This document shows, piece by piece, positions 22,575 to 35,600 of a stretch of DNA of 64,000 bases. Where the stretch lies: positions 3,688,149 through 3,752,148 of the forward strand of contig NC_057757.1 in NCBI RefSeq assembly GCF_004010195.1, in the 5' to 3' direction. The translations under genes were made by a program, and so were the position numbers. Position 1 is the first letter of the stretch; every line of letters begins with the position of its first letter. Source of the DNA: Chiloscyllium plagiosum. Its lineage: Eukaryota. The notes below the pieces were generated by a model. The model saw nothing but the letters and a program-made list of their open reading frames with translations, was not told the DNA's origin and ran no database searches.

Positions 22575-23805
22575 ACACAAAGATCTTCAAAGGGAGGAGG
22601 AAGGTGTTAGGTTATGGGAGGGGATAAATGGGTTGGCCAGATGGTCAGATAAGTGGCAGATGGGGTTGATACCTGGTAAATGTGAGGAGATGCACTTTGG
22701 AAGAAAGAACAAAACAAGGGAGTACTCCATGAATGGCAGGACATGAGGAAGGTCAGAAGGATGGAGGGAAATCTGGGGGTGACGAGGGGTGGGTGGGGTG
22801 GGGGTGTGAAGGGTGTCCATGGATCCCTGAATGGAGTGTTTAAGAAGGCAGATGGGACACTTGCCTTAATCAGTCGTGGCATAGATTGTAAGAGCAGGGA
22901 GGTCACATCAGATCTGGACAGGGCTTTGGTGAGGCCACAGCCAGGGTACTGTGCACAGTGTGTGGCATGGTGGCTCAGTGGTTAGCACTGCTGCCTCACA
23001 GTGCCAGGGACCCAGGTTCAATTCCAGCCTCAGGTAACTGTCCAAGTGGAGTTTGTACATTCTCCCCGTGTCTGTGTGGGGTTCCTCCCACAGTCCAAAA
23101 ATGTGTATTTTAGTTTGAATTGGCCATGCTAAATTGCCCAGTGTTCAGGGATGCATGGGTTAAGGGTAAGGGAAAGGGTCAGGGTGGGATAGTCTTTGGA
23201 GGGTTGGTGTGGACTTGGTGGCCTGTTTCCACACGGTAAGGATTCTATGAATTTTGGCCCCCTCTTTATAGGAAGGAGGGGATCGCATTTTGGAGAGGGT
23301 GCGGAGGAGATTCACCAGGACGTTGCTTTTGGATGGAGCATTTCAGCGACAGAGAGAGGCTGGAATAGACTCAGATTGGTTTCTTTGGAGCAGAAATGGC
23401 TGAGTTGAAGGGAAGGGGTGGGGTGGAGCCTGATCGAGGTGTATAAGATTCTGAGCGACATGAACCGGGTGGATAGGAAGGAAATTTTTCCTTTCATCGA
23501 AGGGTCTATAACTGGGGCAAAAGCGCAAGGCCAGAAAGTGGGGGTTTTGGGAAAGAGGTTTCTCACCCGGGTAGGGGGAGGAAGGGGAACACTCTACCTG
23601 GGAGAGTCGTTGAGGCAGGAAATGCTCACAAACTTTACAAAGCACATGGATGAGCCTTTAAGGCTGAAACATTGAATGTTTTCAAGAAGGCATTGGAGGC
23701 AGCACTTTGGAGCTAAAGGTTGGGTGGGGGGGAAATGAGAACGGGAGACTGAGGTGAATGATCCACTGTGATCCCGTTGAATGTCCATAGCAGGGCCAAA
23801 GGCCT
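22575..23805 (+). mobile_element. Decayed CR1 fragment with a nested HE1 SINE (about 22962-23250)
   Basis: LVRPQPGYCAQ interrupted by SINE head ggtggctcagtggttagcactgctgcc; CR1 resumes near 23251. Confidence 0.7.
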
Positions 23806-23807
23806 AC

Positions 23808-24450
23808 TCATAGAATCCCTACAGTGTGGAAACAGGCCCTTCGGCCCAAAAGGTCCACACCGGCCCTCTGAAAATTAACCTACCCAGACCCATTCCCCTA
23901 CCCTGTTACTCTACATTTACCCCTGACTAATGCACATAATCCACACATCCCTGAACACTCTGGGACAATTTAGCACGGCCAATCCACCGTGACCTGCACA
24001 TCCCTGGACACTATGGGACAATTTAGCACGGCCAATCCCACCCTAACCTGCACATCCCTGGACACTATGGGACAATTTAGCACGGCCAATCCACCCTGAC
24101 CTGCACATCCCTGGACACTATGCACCCTAACCTGCACATCCCTGGACACTATGGGACAGTTTAGCACGGCCAATCCACCCTAACCTGCACATCCCTGGGC
24201 ACTATGGGACAATTTAGCACGGCCAATCCACCCAGACCTGCACATCCCTGGGCACTATGGGACAATTTAGCATGACCAATCCACCCTAACCTGGATATCT
24301 TTTGGACTGTGGGAGGAAACTGGAGCACCCGGAGGAAACCCACACAGACACGGGGAGAATGTGCAAACTCCACACAGACAGTCGCCCGAGGGTGGAATTG
24401 AACCTGGGTCCCTGGCAGGCGTGAGGCAGCAGTGCTAACCACTGAGCCTC
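23808..24450 (-). mobile_element. HE1-type SINE with about six tandem 53-bp units
   Basis: Head at 24420-24450, tandem units 23945-24290, tail 23808-23940. Confidence 0.8.
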
Positions 24451-24931
24451 TGGGTCACCCCTTCTGCTCCAAATTCCTTTGTTTCTGGGAGCGCTACAGG
24501 AGTGTCCGAACATTCGAGGCCAATGGGTTGCTTGCGGGCAGAGTGGGACTGGTGCAGGTTGGAGTGTATTTTCGGTGGGGCAGACCTGATGGGCCGAATG
24601 GCCTGGTCTGTACCATTGCGGTTCTGGGAATGTCTGGTTCGAAGCACCGTCCGACATTTGCGCAACCAAGTTCCTCAGGAAATAAATTTGCGGGTAACGA
24701 GCCAACCAGGGCAAAGGGGAATAGAGAGAGGAAAGAGGGTGAGATTGTGGGAGGACAGCTAGCATGGTGAATGGGACTGAATGGCCTCCCTCTGCCACAA
24801 ATGACTCTAGAACCCCCTTGGCCAGAGTGGGAGCTTAGTAGCAAAACCGGGGGAGGGCAGCAGGAGAGGCAACATCGATTGCCAAAGGACCGGGAGAAGA
24901 CGCGGCCGAAGGGAGTGAGGCGAGTTCTTAC

Positions 24932-25118
24932 GTCTCTCCGGCTTTTCTTCCGGCAATCTCCGCAGAAAACGCCGATGCAGCCGTTGACCACCTGCAAACC
25001 ACAGAAGACCAGCTCGATGGCGCTGGCGATGAGGAGAATGGAGAAGAGGGAGACGTTCCACACCACGATGTTCGGAGGGTTCTGGCAAATCGCCCAAAGC
25101 GTTTGGTTCGTCAGGTAA
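24932..25118 (-). CDS. TM4SF5: TM4SF5 penultimate coding exon
   Basis: (S)YLTNQTLWAICQNPPNIVVWNVSLFSILL..GVFCGDCRKKSRRD, an L6-family sequence with the TM4SF5-like GVFCGDCRKK; acceptor ccacgcag, donor gtaaga; 187 nt, phase 2 to 0. Confidence 0.9.
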
Positions 25119-25309
25119 CTGCGTGGAGGAGGGAGAGACCAATCGCGTCCGTCAGCAATGGGCGGGAGAGCCAACCACGATTCTCCGACCTTCACCACAC
25201 CCCCCCACCCTTCCCCCTCCATAAACACTCAGCTCACTCCTCACAAGACATTCACAATCACAATGATGTGGGTGGGGGGGGGGATGTCTCTCGCCTGCTA
25301 ATATAGGAG

Positions 25310-25885
25310 GTGGGGTCAGGGTCAAGGTTAGGTCAGGATCAAGGGTATTGTAAGGGTTAGAGTCAGGGTTAGGGTTATGTTTTGGGTTAGAGTTAGGTTC
25401 AGGGTTAGATTTAAGGTTAAGGTTAGAGTTAAGGTAAGGGCCATGTTTAGAGTTAAGAGTTAGGGTCAGTGTTAGAGTCAGGGTTAGAGTCAGGGTTAGA
25501 GTTAGGATCAGAGTTTGGGTCAGGGTTGGGATCAGGGTCAGGTTAGCTTCAGTTCAGGGTCAGGGTTAAGTTCAGGGTCAGGTTAGGTTCAGGGACAGGG
25601 TTAGGGTGAGAGTTAGGGTGAGGTTCAGATCAGGGGTCATGGTCAAGGTTAGGATCAGGTTAGGGTCAGGATGATCAGGGTAAGGTTAAGGTCAGGGTCA
25701 GGTCAGGTTTAGGATCAGGATCAGATTCAGGGTCAGGGTTAGGTTCAAGCTCACGGTCAGGGTTACAGTTAGGTTCAGGGCAGGATGATGTTTAGGGTCA
25801 AGGTTAGGGTTCACGTTAGGGTGTGGGTCAGGTTGATGTTTAGGGTCAGGGTTAGATTCAGGATGAAGGTCAGGGTCAGGGTCGG
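25310..25885 (+). repeat. Degenerate (TTAGGG/TCAGGG)n telomere-like array in a TM4SF5 intron
   Basis: About 575 bp of ggttag/ggtcag hexamer variants. Confidence 0.85.
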
Positions 25886-25935
25886 TGTGGACGGCAATGT
25901 CAAATCTCGGCCTGCGGGCAGGATTGGCGGCCTAC

Positions 25936-26081
25936 CTGTGGTTGGTGTTCAGGAAGGGTTGCTGCCAGTCCCCACCTCCGACGTCACACAGTGGGCCATT
26001 TGCCAGGGCCGTCGAAGACACAGTGAGACAGTACAGGGCGCCCAAGGTGCCAAAAAGCGAGGAGAAGACAGACCGCAGCAT
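25936..26081 (-). CDS. TM4SF5: TM4SF5 internal coding exon (probable exon 3)
   Basis: MLRSVFSSLFGTLGALYCLTVSSTALANGPLC..WQQPF; acceptor tctttgcag, donor gtaggc; 146 nt, phase 0 to 2. Confidence 0.9.
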
Positions 26082-26184
26082 CTGCAAAGAGAAAGCCGAT
26101 GGGTTAACAGTGTTCCCAGACAGCGCTGGCTTTGGACAGGCTCCAGTGGAGGCACACAAGAAACATCCCGAAGATGGGGGGGAG

Positions 26185-26595
26185 CAGTGGAGGACTCTGG
26201 GTCCATACTCGATGGAATTTAATAGGATGGGGGTGCATGAGATCTGAATGAAATTTACAGAATACTAAGAGGCCTGGATAGAATGGACATGAAGGTGTTG
26301 CCTCTGGTCAGAGAGACTACGACCAAGGGCACAGCCTCAGAGTGGACTGAGATGAGGAGGAATTTCTTCAGCCAAAAAGGTAGAGAATATGTGCAACTCA
26401 TTGCCACAGAGGGCTGTAGAGGGCAAGTCATTCAGTGTCTTTGAGACAGAGAGAGAGAGAGAGAGAGATAAGTTCTCAATTGGTTAAGGGATCAAAGGTT
26501 ACAGGGAGAAGGTAGGAGAATGGGGCTGGGAAACATATCAGCCATGGTCAAATGGTGGAACTGACTTGATGGCCCGGTCTTACTCCTGTATCTTA
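26185..26595 (+). mobile_element. CR1 3' fragment
   Basis: Similar to the CR1 3' end at 1-357. Confidence 0.7.
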
Positions 26596-26684
26596 AAGTC
26601 TAAGTGGCAGATAGGTTAAAGGGCGCTGTTTTACTGCTATATCCCTTGTTAATGGTTGAGCGGAGTTGCTGGGGGAATGAAACA

Positions 26685-27022
26685 GGGACAGAGGTCACTG
26701 GAAAAGCTCAGCAGGTCTCGCAGCATCTGTGAAAGGAGATCAGAGTTAAGGTCTCTCTGAAGAAGGCTCACTTGACCCGAAGCGTTAACGTTGACATCCC
26801 TTCACAGATGCTGCCAGACCTGAGAGCTTTTCCAGCAATTTCTGATTCTGATTCTGATTCTGATTCTGATTCTGTTTCTGATTCTGTTTCTGATTCTGTT
26901 TCTGATTCTGTTTCTGTTTCTGATTCTGTTTCTGATTCTGTTTCTGTTTCTGATTCTGTTTCTGATTCTGTTTCTAATTCTGTTTCTGATTCACAGCATC
27001 CACAGTTCTTTTGGTTTTTATT
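26685..27022. mobile_element. Penelope-like inverted terminal fragments with an expanded (TCTGWT)n microsatellite (26839-26992)
   Basis: ctggaaaagctcagcaggtct and agacctgagagcttttccag form an inverted pair; hexamer array follows. Confidence 0.6.
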
Positions 27023-27712
27023 TGACTGTGTAATGACTTGACCCACAATCCTGCTAACCCCTGTGGCCTAACCTGATTGTCCATCTCATGTAAGATTGTT
27101 TCCCCATCCTTAACTGCCCTCGAGAACATTTAAGAGTCAGCCACATCGCTGCGGGTTTACCCCCTCCCTCTCTGCCCTGGAAGCCTGGATAAGCAAAGCT
27201 TGGATTTGAAAATTGCCTGTCAATCCCTCAGCCCCTTCCCTACCTCCATGACCACGCCCAGCCCCACGTCCCTCTGAGATCTCTGCGCTCATCCAATTCC
27301 AGCCTCTCCCAGGCCCCAATTTTTCCCTATAGTCTCACCAATTCCCAGTGTTTCACCATTGGCAGCCTTGCCTTCAGCTGTCTGGGGTTTTGAGCTCAAG
27401 AATTTCCTCCCTCAAACTCTCTGCCTCCCTCATTCCCCATTGGTTGGCTGCCTAAGTCGACAGTCAAAGAGCCATTTTGTTCTATAAGGCTGAAAGAGGA
27501 CCTTCGGCCTGTTGTATCCATGCCAACCATCAAAGCACCTATCTTTCTTGTCTTATTTCCCAATATCGCATGTGTCTGTCTAAATACTTCCTCAATGTTA
27601 AAAAAAGGGTTTCTGCCTCTTTCACTCTTACAGGTGGTGAATTCCCGTTCTCCCACCACCCTCCGGTTGAAAGATTTCCTCCTCATTATGGAGAGGGATA
27701 AGTGTGCACTAC

Positions 27713-29475
27713 AGGGCAAGAGTTATAGCTAGGGGCAGGGAAATTATGATGCGGTGAGGCATGACTTAGGATGTGTGGCTTGGAAAAGTAAGCTTCAAGG
27801 CAAGGGCGTAATTGATATGTGGAGCTTGTTCAAGGAGCAACTATTGAGTGTCCTTGATAAGGATGTACCCGTCAGGCAGGGAGGAAAGGGTCGCGTGAGG
27901 GAGCCGTGGTTTAATAAGGAATTGGAATCCCTTGTAAAATGGAAGAGGGCGGCCTATGTAAAGATGAGGCAAGAAGGTTCAATTGGGGCGATTGAGAGTT
28001 ATAAGGTAACCAGGAAGGACCTGAAGAGAGAGCTAAAAGCAGCAAGGAGGGGACATGAAAGGACCTTAGTTGGTAGGATTAGGGAAAACCCTAAGACTTT
28101 CTATAGGTATGTCAGGAATAAAAGAATGACTAGGGTAGGAATAGGTCCAGTCAAGGATAGTAGGGGGAAGTTGCGTGTGGAGGCGGAAGAGATTGGGGAG
28201 ACACTGAATGAATACTTTTCGTCAGTATTCAATCAGGAACAGGACATTGTTGTCAATGCGAGTACTGAGTCACAATTAAGTAGAATGGATGGCTTTGAGG
28301 TATGTAGAGAAGAGGTGTTGGAAATCCTGGAAAAGGTGAAAATAGATAAGTCCCCTGGGCCTGATGGCATTTATCCTAGGATTCTCTGGGAAGCAAGGGA
28401 GGAGATTGCAGAGCCATTGGCCTTGATTTTTATGTCCTCTTTGTCTACAGGAGTAGTCCCAGAAGACTGGAGGATAGCAAATGTGGTCCCCTTGTTCAAA
28501 AAGGGGAGTAGGGATAGCCCTAGTAACTATAGGCCAGTGAGTCTCACTTCTGTTGTGGGCAAAGTCTTAGAGAGAATTGTAAGGGATAGGAGTTATGCAC
28601 ATCTGGATAGGAATAATGTGATCAAAGATAGTCAGCATGGTTTTGTGAAGGGCAAGTCGTGCCTCACAAACCTTATTGAATTCTTTGAAAAGGTGACGAA
28701 GGAGGTTGATGAGGGGAAAGCGGTAGATGTGGTATATATGGATTTTAGTAAGGCGTTTGATAAGGTTCCCCATGGTAGGCTACTGCAGAAAATACGGAGA
28801 TATGGCATTGAGGATGAGTTGGAGGTTTGGATTAGGAATTGGCTGGATGGAAGAAGACAGAGGGTAGTAGTTGATGGCAAAGTTTCTTCATGGAGTGCCG
28901 TCACTAGCGGTGTTCCGCAAGGATCTGTTTTGGGACCATTGCTGTTTGTCATTTTTATAAATGACCTGGAAGAGGGGTTAGAAGGTTGGGTAAGCAAGTT
29001 TGCGGATGATACGAAAGTCGAAGGAGTTGTTGACAGTGAGGAAGGATGTAGCAGGTTACAGCAGGATATAGAGAAGCTGCAGAGCTGGGCAGAAAGGTGG
29101 CAAATGGAATTCAATCTATCCCAGTAACCTGGCTTTCTTCATTGCCTTCCTATAGACTTCAGAACCTAGAAGCCTTCTTATAACAGTAAATGTCTTCCAT
29201 CACTATAACGTTCCATATCTCTGTTAGTATATACAATACTCTCCTCCCTGAAACACCCCCTGTCTGTGCGTGAGGTTCTTTACTCAGCGAGTCGTGAGTT
29301 CATGGAATGCCCTGCCAGTAGCAGTGGTGGACTCTCCCTCATTATGGGCATTTAAGCGGGCATTGGATAGGCATATGGAGGATAGTGGGCTAGTGTAGGT
29401 TAGGTGGGCTTGGATCGGCGCAACATCGAGGGCCGAAGGGCCTGTACTGCGCTGTATTCTTCTATGTTCTATGTT
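27713..29475 (+). mobile_element. Young CR1/HER1 LINE, 5'-truncated, 457-aa open RT frame, distal ORF2 replaced by unrelated filler
   Basis: [43 protein letters not shown]; (TTCTATG)n tail at about 29455-29475. Confidence 0.9.
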
Positions 29476-29559
29476 CAAATCCCCTCGCAATCTCCTGCCA
29501 ATTCCTTGAAATCTTTGCCTCCTGATTAATGACCACTCTGTAAAGGGGAAATGGTACAG

Positions 29560-29815
29560 AGAATCACAGAATCAGTACAGTTTGGAATCAGGCCATCCGG
29601 CCCATCGAGACCACACCAACCCTCTGAAGAGCATCCCACCTAGACCTACCACCAAACAAACCCACAGCCCAACCCTATCCCAGTAACCCTGCATTTCCAG
29701 TGGCCAATCCACCCTAACCTGCACATCCCTGGACACTATGGGACAATTTAGCACAACCAATCCACTCTAAACTGCACATCCCTGGACAATATTGGCACAT
29801 TAGCATGGCCAATTT
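29560..29815 (-). mobile_element. HE1-type SINE, 3' part
   Basis: Two 53-bp-type units plus tail. Confidence 0.65.
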
Positions 29816-30227
29816 GCTTATCTCCACTGTTTATTCCCCTCAGAACTTTGTACCTCTCAATAAGATTAGGAAATGGGGAAGCCCTTCATCAGGAATAGGG
29901 AAGACCTTCATCAGGAATCTCAACCACTAGCCCAACTGCCTTTGAGGTTCTATAGACATGCACATCAAAGTCCTTCTCTCTGTTCCAGAGTCCTATATTC
30001 AGCAAGTAATCCCTTGCCTATTACATCCTCCCAAATTCCCTCACCTCTCATTTTCCATGATTAAATTCCTGCCAATGGCACTGCCTGAGTTGACTTGCTA
30101 ACAATTATCAACCCTCTTTCTTTATTGTAGTATGAGTTCTGGTGTTCTGCCAAAATTTTAAATTCTTGTATTGATTCTGATAGGTGTGAGGCAAATAACT
30201 TCTGCTAACGCCTCACTCCATTCAGTA

Positions 30228-32109
30228 CAACCCACCGTTCTACCAGTGACCCACCGTTCTACCAGTGACCCACCGTTCTACCAGTGACCCACAGTTCTAC
30301 CAATGGCCCGCTGTTCTACCAATGGCCCGCTGTTCTACCAATGGCCCTCTGTTCTACCAATGGCCCAGTGTTCTACCAATGGCCCACTGTTCACCGTTCT
30401 ACCAGTGACCCACCGTTCTACCAGTGACCCACCCTTCTACCAGTGACCCACCATTCTACCAATGGCCCGCTGTTCTACCAATGGCCCTCTGTTCTACCAA
30501 TGGCCCACTGTTCTACCAATGGCCCACTGTTCTACCAATGACCCACTGTTAAACCAATGACCCACTGTTATACAAATGACCTACTGCTACATCAATGGCC
30601 CACTGTTATCCCAATGACTCACTGTTAACCCAAAGGCCCATTATCATACCAATGGCCCCCTGTTATCACCAATGGTCCCCTGTTATCCCAATGACCCTTT
30701 ATTATATCCATGACCCACAATTATACCGATGGCCTATTATTTGGCCTATTATTACATCAATGATTTAATATTGTACCAATGACCCACTATTATCCCAATG
30801 ACCCACTATTATCCCAAAGACCCAATATTATTCCCAGTAACCTGCTGTTATCCCAATGACATACTTATCCCAATGACCCACTGTTATACCAGTGACCCAC
30901 TGTTATGCCAATGGCCCACTATTGTATCAATGGCCCACTATTATATCAATGGCCCACTATTATATCAATGGCCCACTGTTATACCAAAGTCCCACTGTTA
31001 TATCAGTGACCCACTGTTATACCAAAGTCCCACTGTTATACCAAAGTCCCACTGTTATACCAAAGTCCCACTGTTATACCACTGACCCACTGTTATACCA
31101 CTGACCCACTGTTCTATCAATGGCCCACTGTTCTATCAATGGCCCATTGTTCTATCAATGTCCCACTGTTATACCAAAGTCCCACTGTTATACCAAAGTC
31201 CCACTGTTATACCAAAGTCCCACTGTTATACCAATGTCCCACTGTTATACCAATGTCCCACTGTTATACCAGTGACCCACTGTTATACCACTGACCCACT
31301 GTTTTACCACTGACCCACTGTTCTATCAATGGCCCACTGTTCTATCAATGGCCCATTGTTATCCCAGTGACCCACTGTTATCCCAGTGACCCACTGTTAT
31401 CCCAGTGACCCACTGTTCTATCATGGCCCACTGTTCTATCAATGGCCCACTGTTATACCAGTGACCCACTGTTATACCACTGACCCACTGTTATACCACT
31501 GACGCACTGTTATACCACTGACCCACTGTTATACCACTGACCCACTGTTTTACCACTGGCCCACTGTTATACCAGTGACCCACTGTTATCCCAGTGACCC
31601 ACTGTTATACCAAAGTCCCACTGTTATACCAAAGTCCCACTGTTATACCAGTGACCCACTGTTATACCACTGACCCACTGTTTTACCACTGGCCCACTGT
31701 TATACCAGTGACCCACGGTTATCCCAGTGACCCACTGTTACACCAACGTCCCACTGTTACACCAAAGTCCCACTGTTATCCCAGTGACCCACTGTTATCC
31801 CAGTGACCCACTGTTCTATCAATGGCCCACTGTTATACCAGTGACCCACTGTTATACCAGTGACCCACTGTTATGCAAGTGACCCACTGTTATGCAAGTG
31901 ACCCACTGTTATGCCAATGACCCACTGTTTTGCCAATGGCCCACTATTATATCAATGGCCCACTATTATATCAATGGCCCACTGTTATTCCAGTGACCCA
32001 CTGTTATGCCAATGACCCACTGTTATCCCAATGACTTACTGTTATACCAGTGACCCACTGTTATACCAGTGACCCACTGTTATACCAGTGACCCACTGTT
32101 CTATCAATG
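30228..32109. repeat. 19-bp minisatellite (ccactgttataccagtgac)
   Basis: About 1.9 kb of variant units running into the 500-N gap. Confidence 0.95.
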
Positions 32110-32609
32110 NNNNNNNNNNNNNNNNNNNNNNNNNNNNNNNNNNNNNNNNNNNNNNNNNNNNNNNNNNNNNNNNNNNNNNNNNNNNNNNNNNNNNNNNNNN
32201 NNNNNNNNNNNNNNNNNNNNNNNNNNNNNNNNNNNNNNNNNNNNNNNNNNNNNNNNNNNNNNNNNNNNNNNNNNNNNNNNNNNNNNNNNNNNNNNNNNNN
32301 NNNNNNNNNNNNNNNNNNNNNNNNNNNNNNNNNNNNNNNNNNNNNNNNNNNNNNNNNNNNNNNNNNNNNNNNNNNNNNNNNNNNNNNNNNNNNNNNNNNN
32401 NNNNNNNNNNNNNNNNNNNNNNNNNNNNNNNNNNNNNNNNNNNNNNNNNNNNNNNNNNNNNNNNNNNNNNNNNNNNNNNNNNNNNNNNNNNNNNNNNNNN
32501 NNNNNNNNNNNNNNNNNNNNNNNNNNNNNNNNNNNNNNNNNNNNNNNNNNNNNNNNNNNNNNNNNNNNNNNNNNNNNNNNNNNNNNNNNNNNNNNNNNNN
32601 NNNNNNNNN

Positions 32610-35600
32610 GAGGGCACAACCGAGAGAGTGAGGGCACGACCGAGAGTGGGACGGCGCACCTGAGAGAGAGAGAGAGAGAAAGCGACCAAGACAGAGGGCG
32701 CGACCGAAAGAAAGTGACAGAGAGAGGGACCAAGAGAGAGGGCATGCCAAAGAGAGAGAGAGGGAGTAACACAGAGAGAGGGCATGCCCGAGAGAGAGAC
32801 AGCGACCGAGAGAGGGGGAGAGGGCGTGACCGAGAGAGTTTAGGCTCCCGAGAGAGGGAGGGCACAACCGAGACAGGGAGGGCACGACCGAGAGGGAGAG
32901 AGGGCGCGACCGAGACAGGGAGGGTACGACCGAGACAGGGAGGGCGCGACCGAGAGAGGGAGGGCGCGACCGAGAGAGGGAGGGCGCGACCCAGAGAGAG
33001 AGGGCGCGACCCAGAGAGAGAGGGCGCGACCCAGAGAGAGAGGGCGCGACCCAGAGAGAGGGCGCGACCCAGAGAGAGGGCGCGACCCAGAGAGATAGGG
33101 CGCGACCCAGAGAGATAGGGCGCGTCCCAGAGAGATAGGGCGTGCCCGAGAGAGACAGGGCACGCCCGAGAGAGACAGAGCACGCCCGAGAGAGATAGGG
33201 CGTGTCCGAGATAGACAGGGTGTGCCCGACAGAGAGAGGGAGCTACCGAGAGAGAGAAGGCATGCCCGAGAGAGAGAGAGGGTGCGCCTGAGAGAGACAG
33301 ACCGTGCCCGAGAGAGAGAGGCACGCCTGAGAGAGAGAGAGCGACCGAGAGAGGGTGAGAGGGCGTGACCGAGAGAGTGAGGGCACGCCCGAGAGAGGGA
33401 GGGCACAACCGAGAGAGAGAGAGAGAGCGACCGAGAGAGGGGGAGAGGGCGTGTCCGAGAGAGACAGGGCCTGCCCGAGAGAGACAGAGCGCGCCCGAGA
33501 GAGGGAGGGCGCGCCCGAGAGAGGGAGGTCGCGACCGAGAGAGAGAGGGCGCGACCGAGAGAGGGAGGGCGCGACCGAGAGAGAGAAGGCGCGACGGAGA
33601 GAGAGAGGGCACGAACGAGAGAGAGAGGGCGCGCCCGAGAGAGGGAGGTCGCGACCGAGAGAGAGAGGGCGCGACCGAGAGAGNNNNNNNNNNNNNNNNN
33701 NNNNNNNNNNNNNNNNNNNNNNNNNNNNNNNNNNNNNNNNNNNNNNNNNNNNNNNNNNNNNNNNNNNNNNNNNNNNNNNNNNNNNNNNNNNNNNNNNNNN
33801 NNNNNNNNNNNNNNNNNNNNNNNNNNNNNNNNNNNNNNNNNNNNNNNNNNNNNNNNNNNNNNNNNNNNNNNNNNNNNNNNNNNNNNNNNNNNNNNNNNNN
33901 NNNNNNNNNNNNNNNNNNNNNNNNNNNNNNNNNNNNNNNNNNNNNNNNNNNNNNNNNNNNNNNNNNNNNNNNNNNNNNNNNNNNNNNNNNNNNNNNNNNN
34001 NNNNNNNNNNNNNNNNNNNNNNNNNNNNNNNNNNNNNNNNNNNNNNNNNNNNNNNNNNNNNNNNNNNNNNNNNNNNNNNNNNNNNNNNNNNNNNNNNNNN
34101 NNNNNNNNNNNNNNNNNNNNNNNNNNNNNNNNNNNNNNNNNNNNNNNNNNNNNNNNNNNNNNNNNNNNNNNNNNNNNNNNNNNNNNNNNNNNNNNNNNNN
34201 NNNNNNNNNNNNNNNNNNNNNNNNNNNNNNNNNNNNNNNNNNNNNNNNNNNNNNNNNNNNNNNNNNNNNNNNNNNNNNNNNNNNNNNNNNNNNNNNNNNN
34301 NNNNNNNNNNNNNNNNNNNNNNNNNNNNNNNNNNNNNNNNNNNNNNNNNNNNNNNNNNNNNNNNNNNNNNNNNNNNNNNNNNNNNNNNNNNNNNNNNNNN
34401 NNNNNNNNNNNNNNNNNNNNNNNNNNNNNNNNNNNNNNNNNNNNNNNNNNNNNNNNNNNNNNNNNNNNNNNNNNNNNNNNNNNNNNNNNNNNNNNGAGGG
34501 CGTGACCGAGAGAGGGAGGGCGTGACCGAGAGAGGGAGGGCGCACCTGAGAGAGGGAAGGCGCACCCGAGAGAGACAGGGCACGCCCGAGAGAGAGAGAG
34601 GGCGCAACCAAGAGAGTGAGGGCACGACCGAGAGTGGGACGGCGCGCCTGAGAGAGAGAGAGAGAAAGCGACCAAGACAGAGGGCGCGACCGAAAGAAAG
34701 TGACAGAGAGAGGGACCAAGAGAGAGGGCATGCCAAACAGAGAGAGAGAGGGAGTAACACAGAGAGAGGGCATGCCCGAGAGAGAGACAGCGACCGAGAG
34801 AGGGGAAGAGGGCGTGACCGAGAGAGTTTAGGCTCCAGAGAGAGGGAGGGCACAACCGAGAGAGAGAGGGTGCGACCGAGACAGGGAGGGCGCGACCGAG
34901 AGAAGGAGGGCGCGACGGAGAGAGGGAGGGCGCGACCGAGAGAGGGAGGGCGCGACCGAGAGAGGGAGGGCGCGACCGAGAGAGGGAGGGCACAACCAAG
35001 AGAGGGAGGGCACAACCAAGAGAGGGAGGGCACGCCTGAGAGAGTGAGAGCATGCACGAGAGAGGGAGGGCACGCCTGAGAGAATGAGGGCGCGACCGAG
35101 AGAGGGAGGGCACAACCAAGAGAGGGAGGGCACGCCTGAGAGAGTGAGAGCATGCCTGAGAGAGGGAGGGCACGCCTGAGAGAATGAGGGCGTGACCGAG
35201 AGAGGGAGGGCGTGACCGAGAGAGGGAGGGCGCACCTGAGAGAGGGAAGGTGCACCCGAGAGAGACAGGGCACGCCCGAGAGAGAGAGAGGGCGCAAACA
35301 AGAGAGTGCACACCCGAGAGAAAGAGGGCACAACCGAGAGAGTGAGGGCATGACCGAGAGTGGGACGGCGCGCCTGAGAGAGAGAGAGAGAAAGCGACCA
35401 AGACAGAGGGCACGACCGAAAGAAAGTGACAGAGAGAGGGACCAAGAGAGAGGGCATGCCAAACAGAGAGAGAGAGGGAGTAACACAGAGAGAGGGCACG
35501 CCCGAGAGAGAGAGCGCGACCGAGAGAGGGGGAGAGGGCGTGACCGAGAGAGTTTAGGCTCCCGAGAGAGGGAGGGCACGCCTGAGAGAATGAGGGCGCG

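Noticed and set aside
26768..27046. SD/ET-repeat ORFs resembling bacterial adhesins
   Set aside because: Hexanucleotide microsatellite inside a repeat fragment
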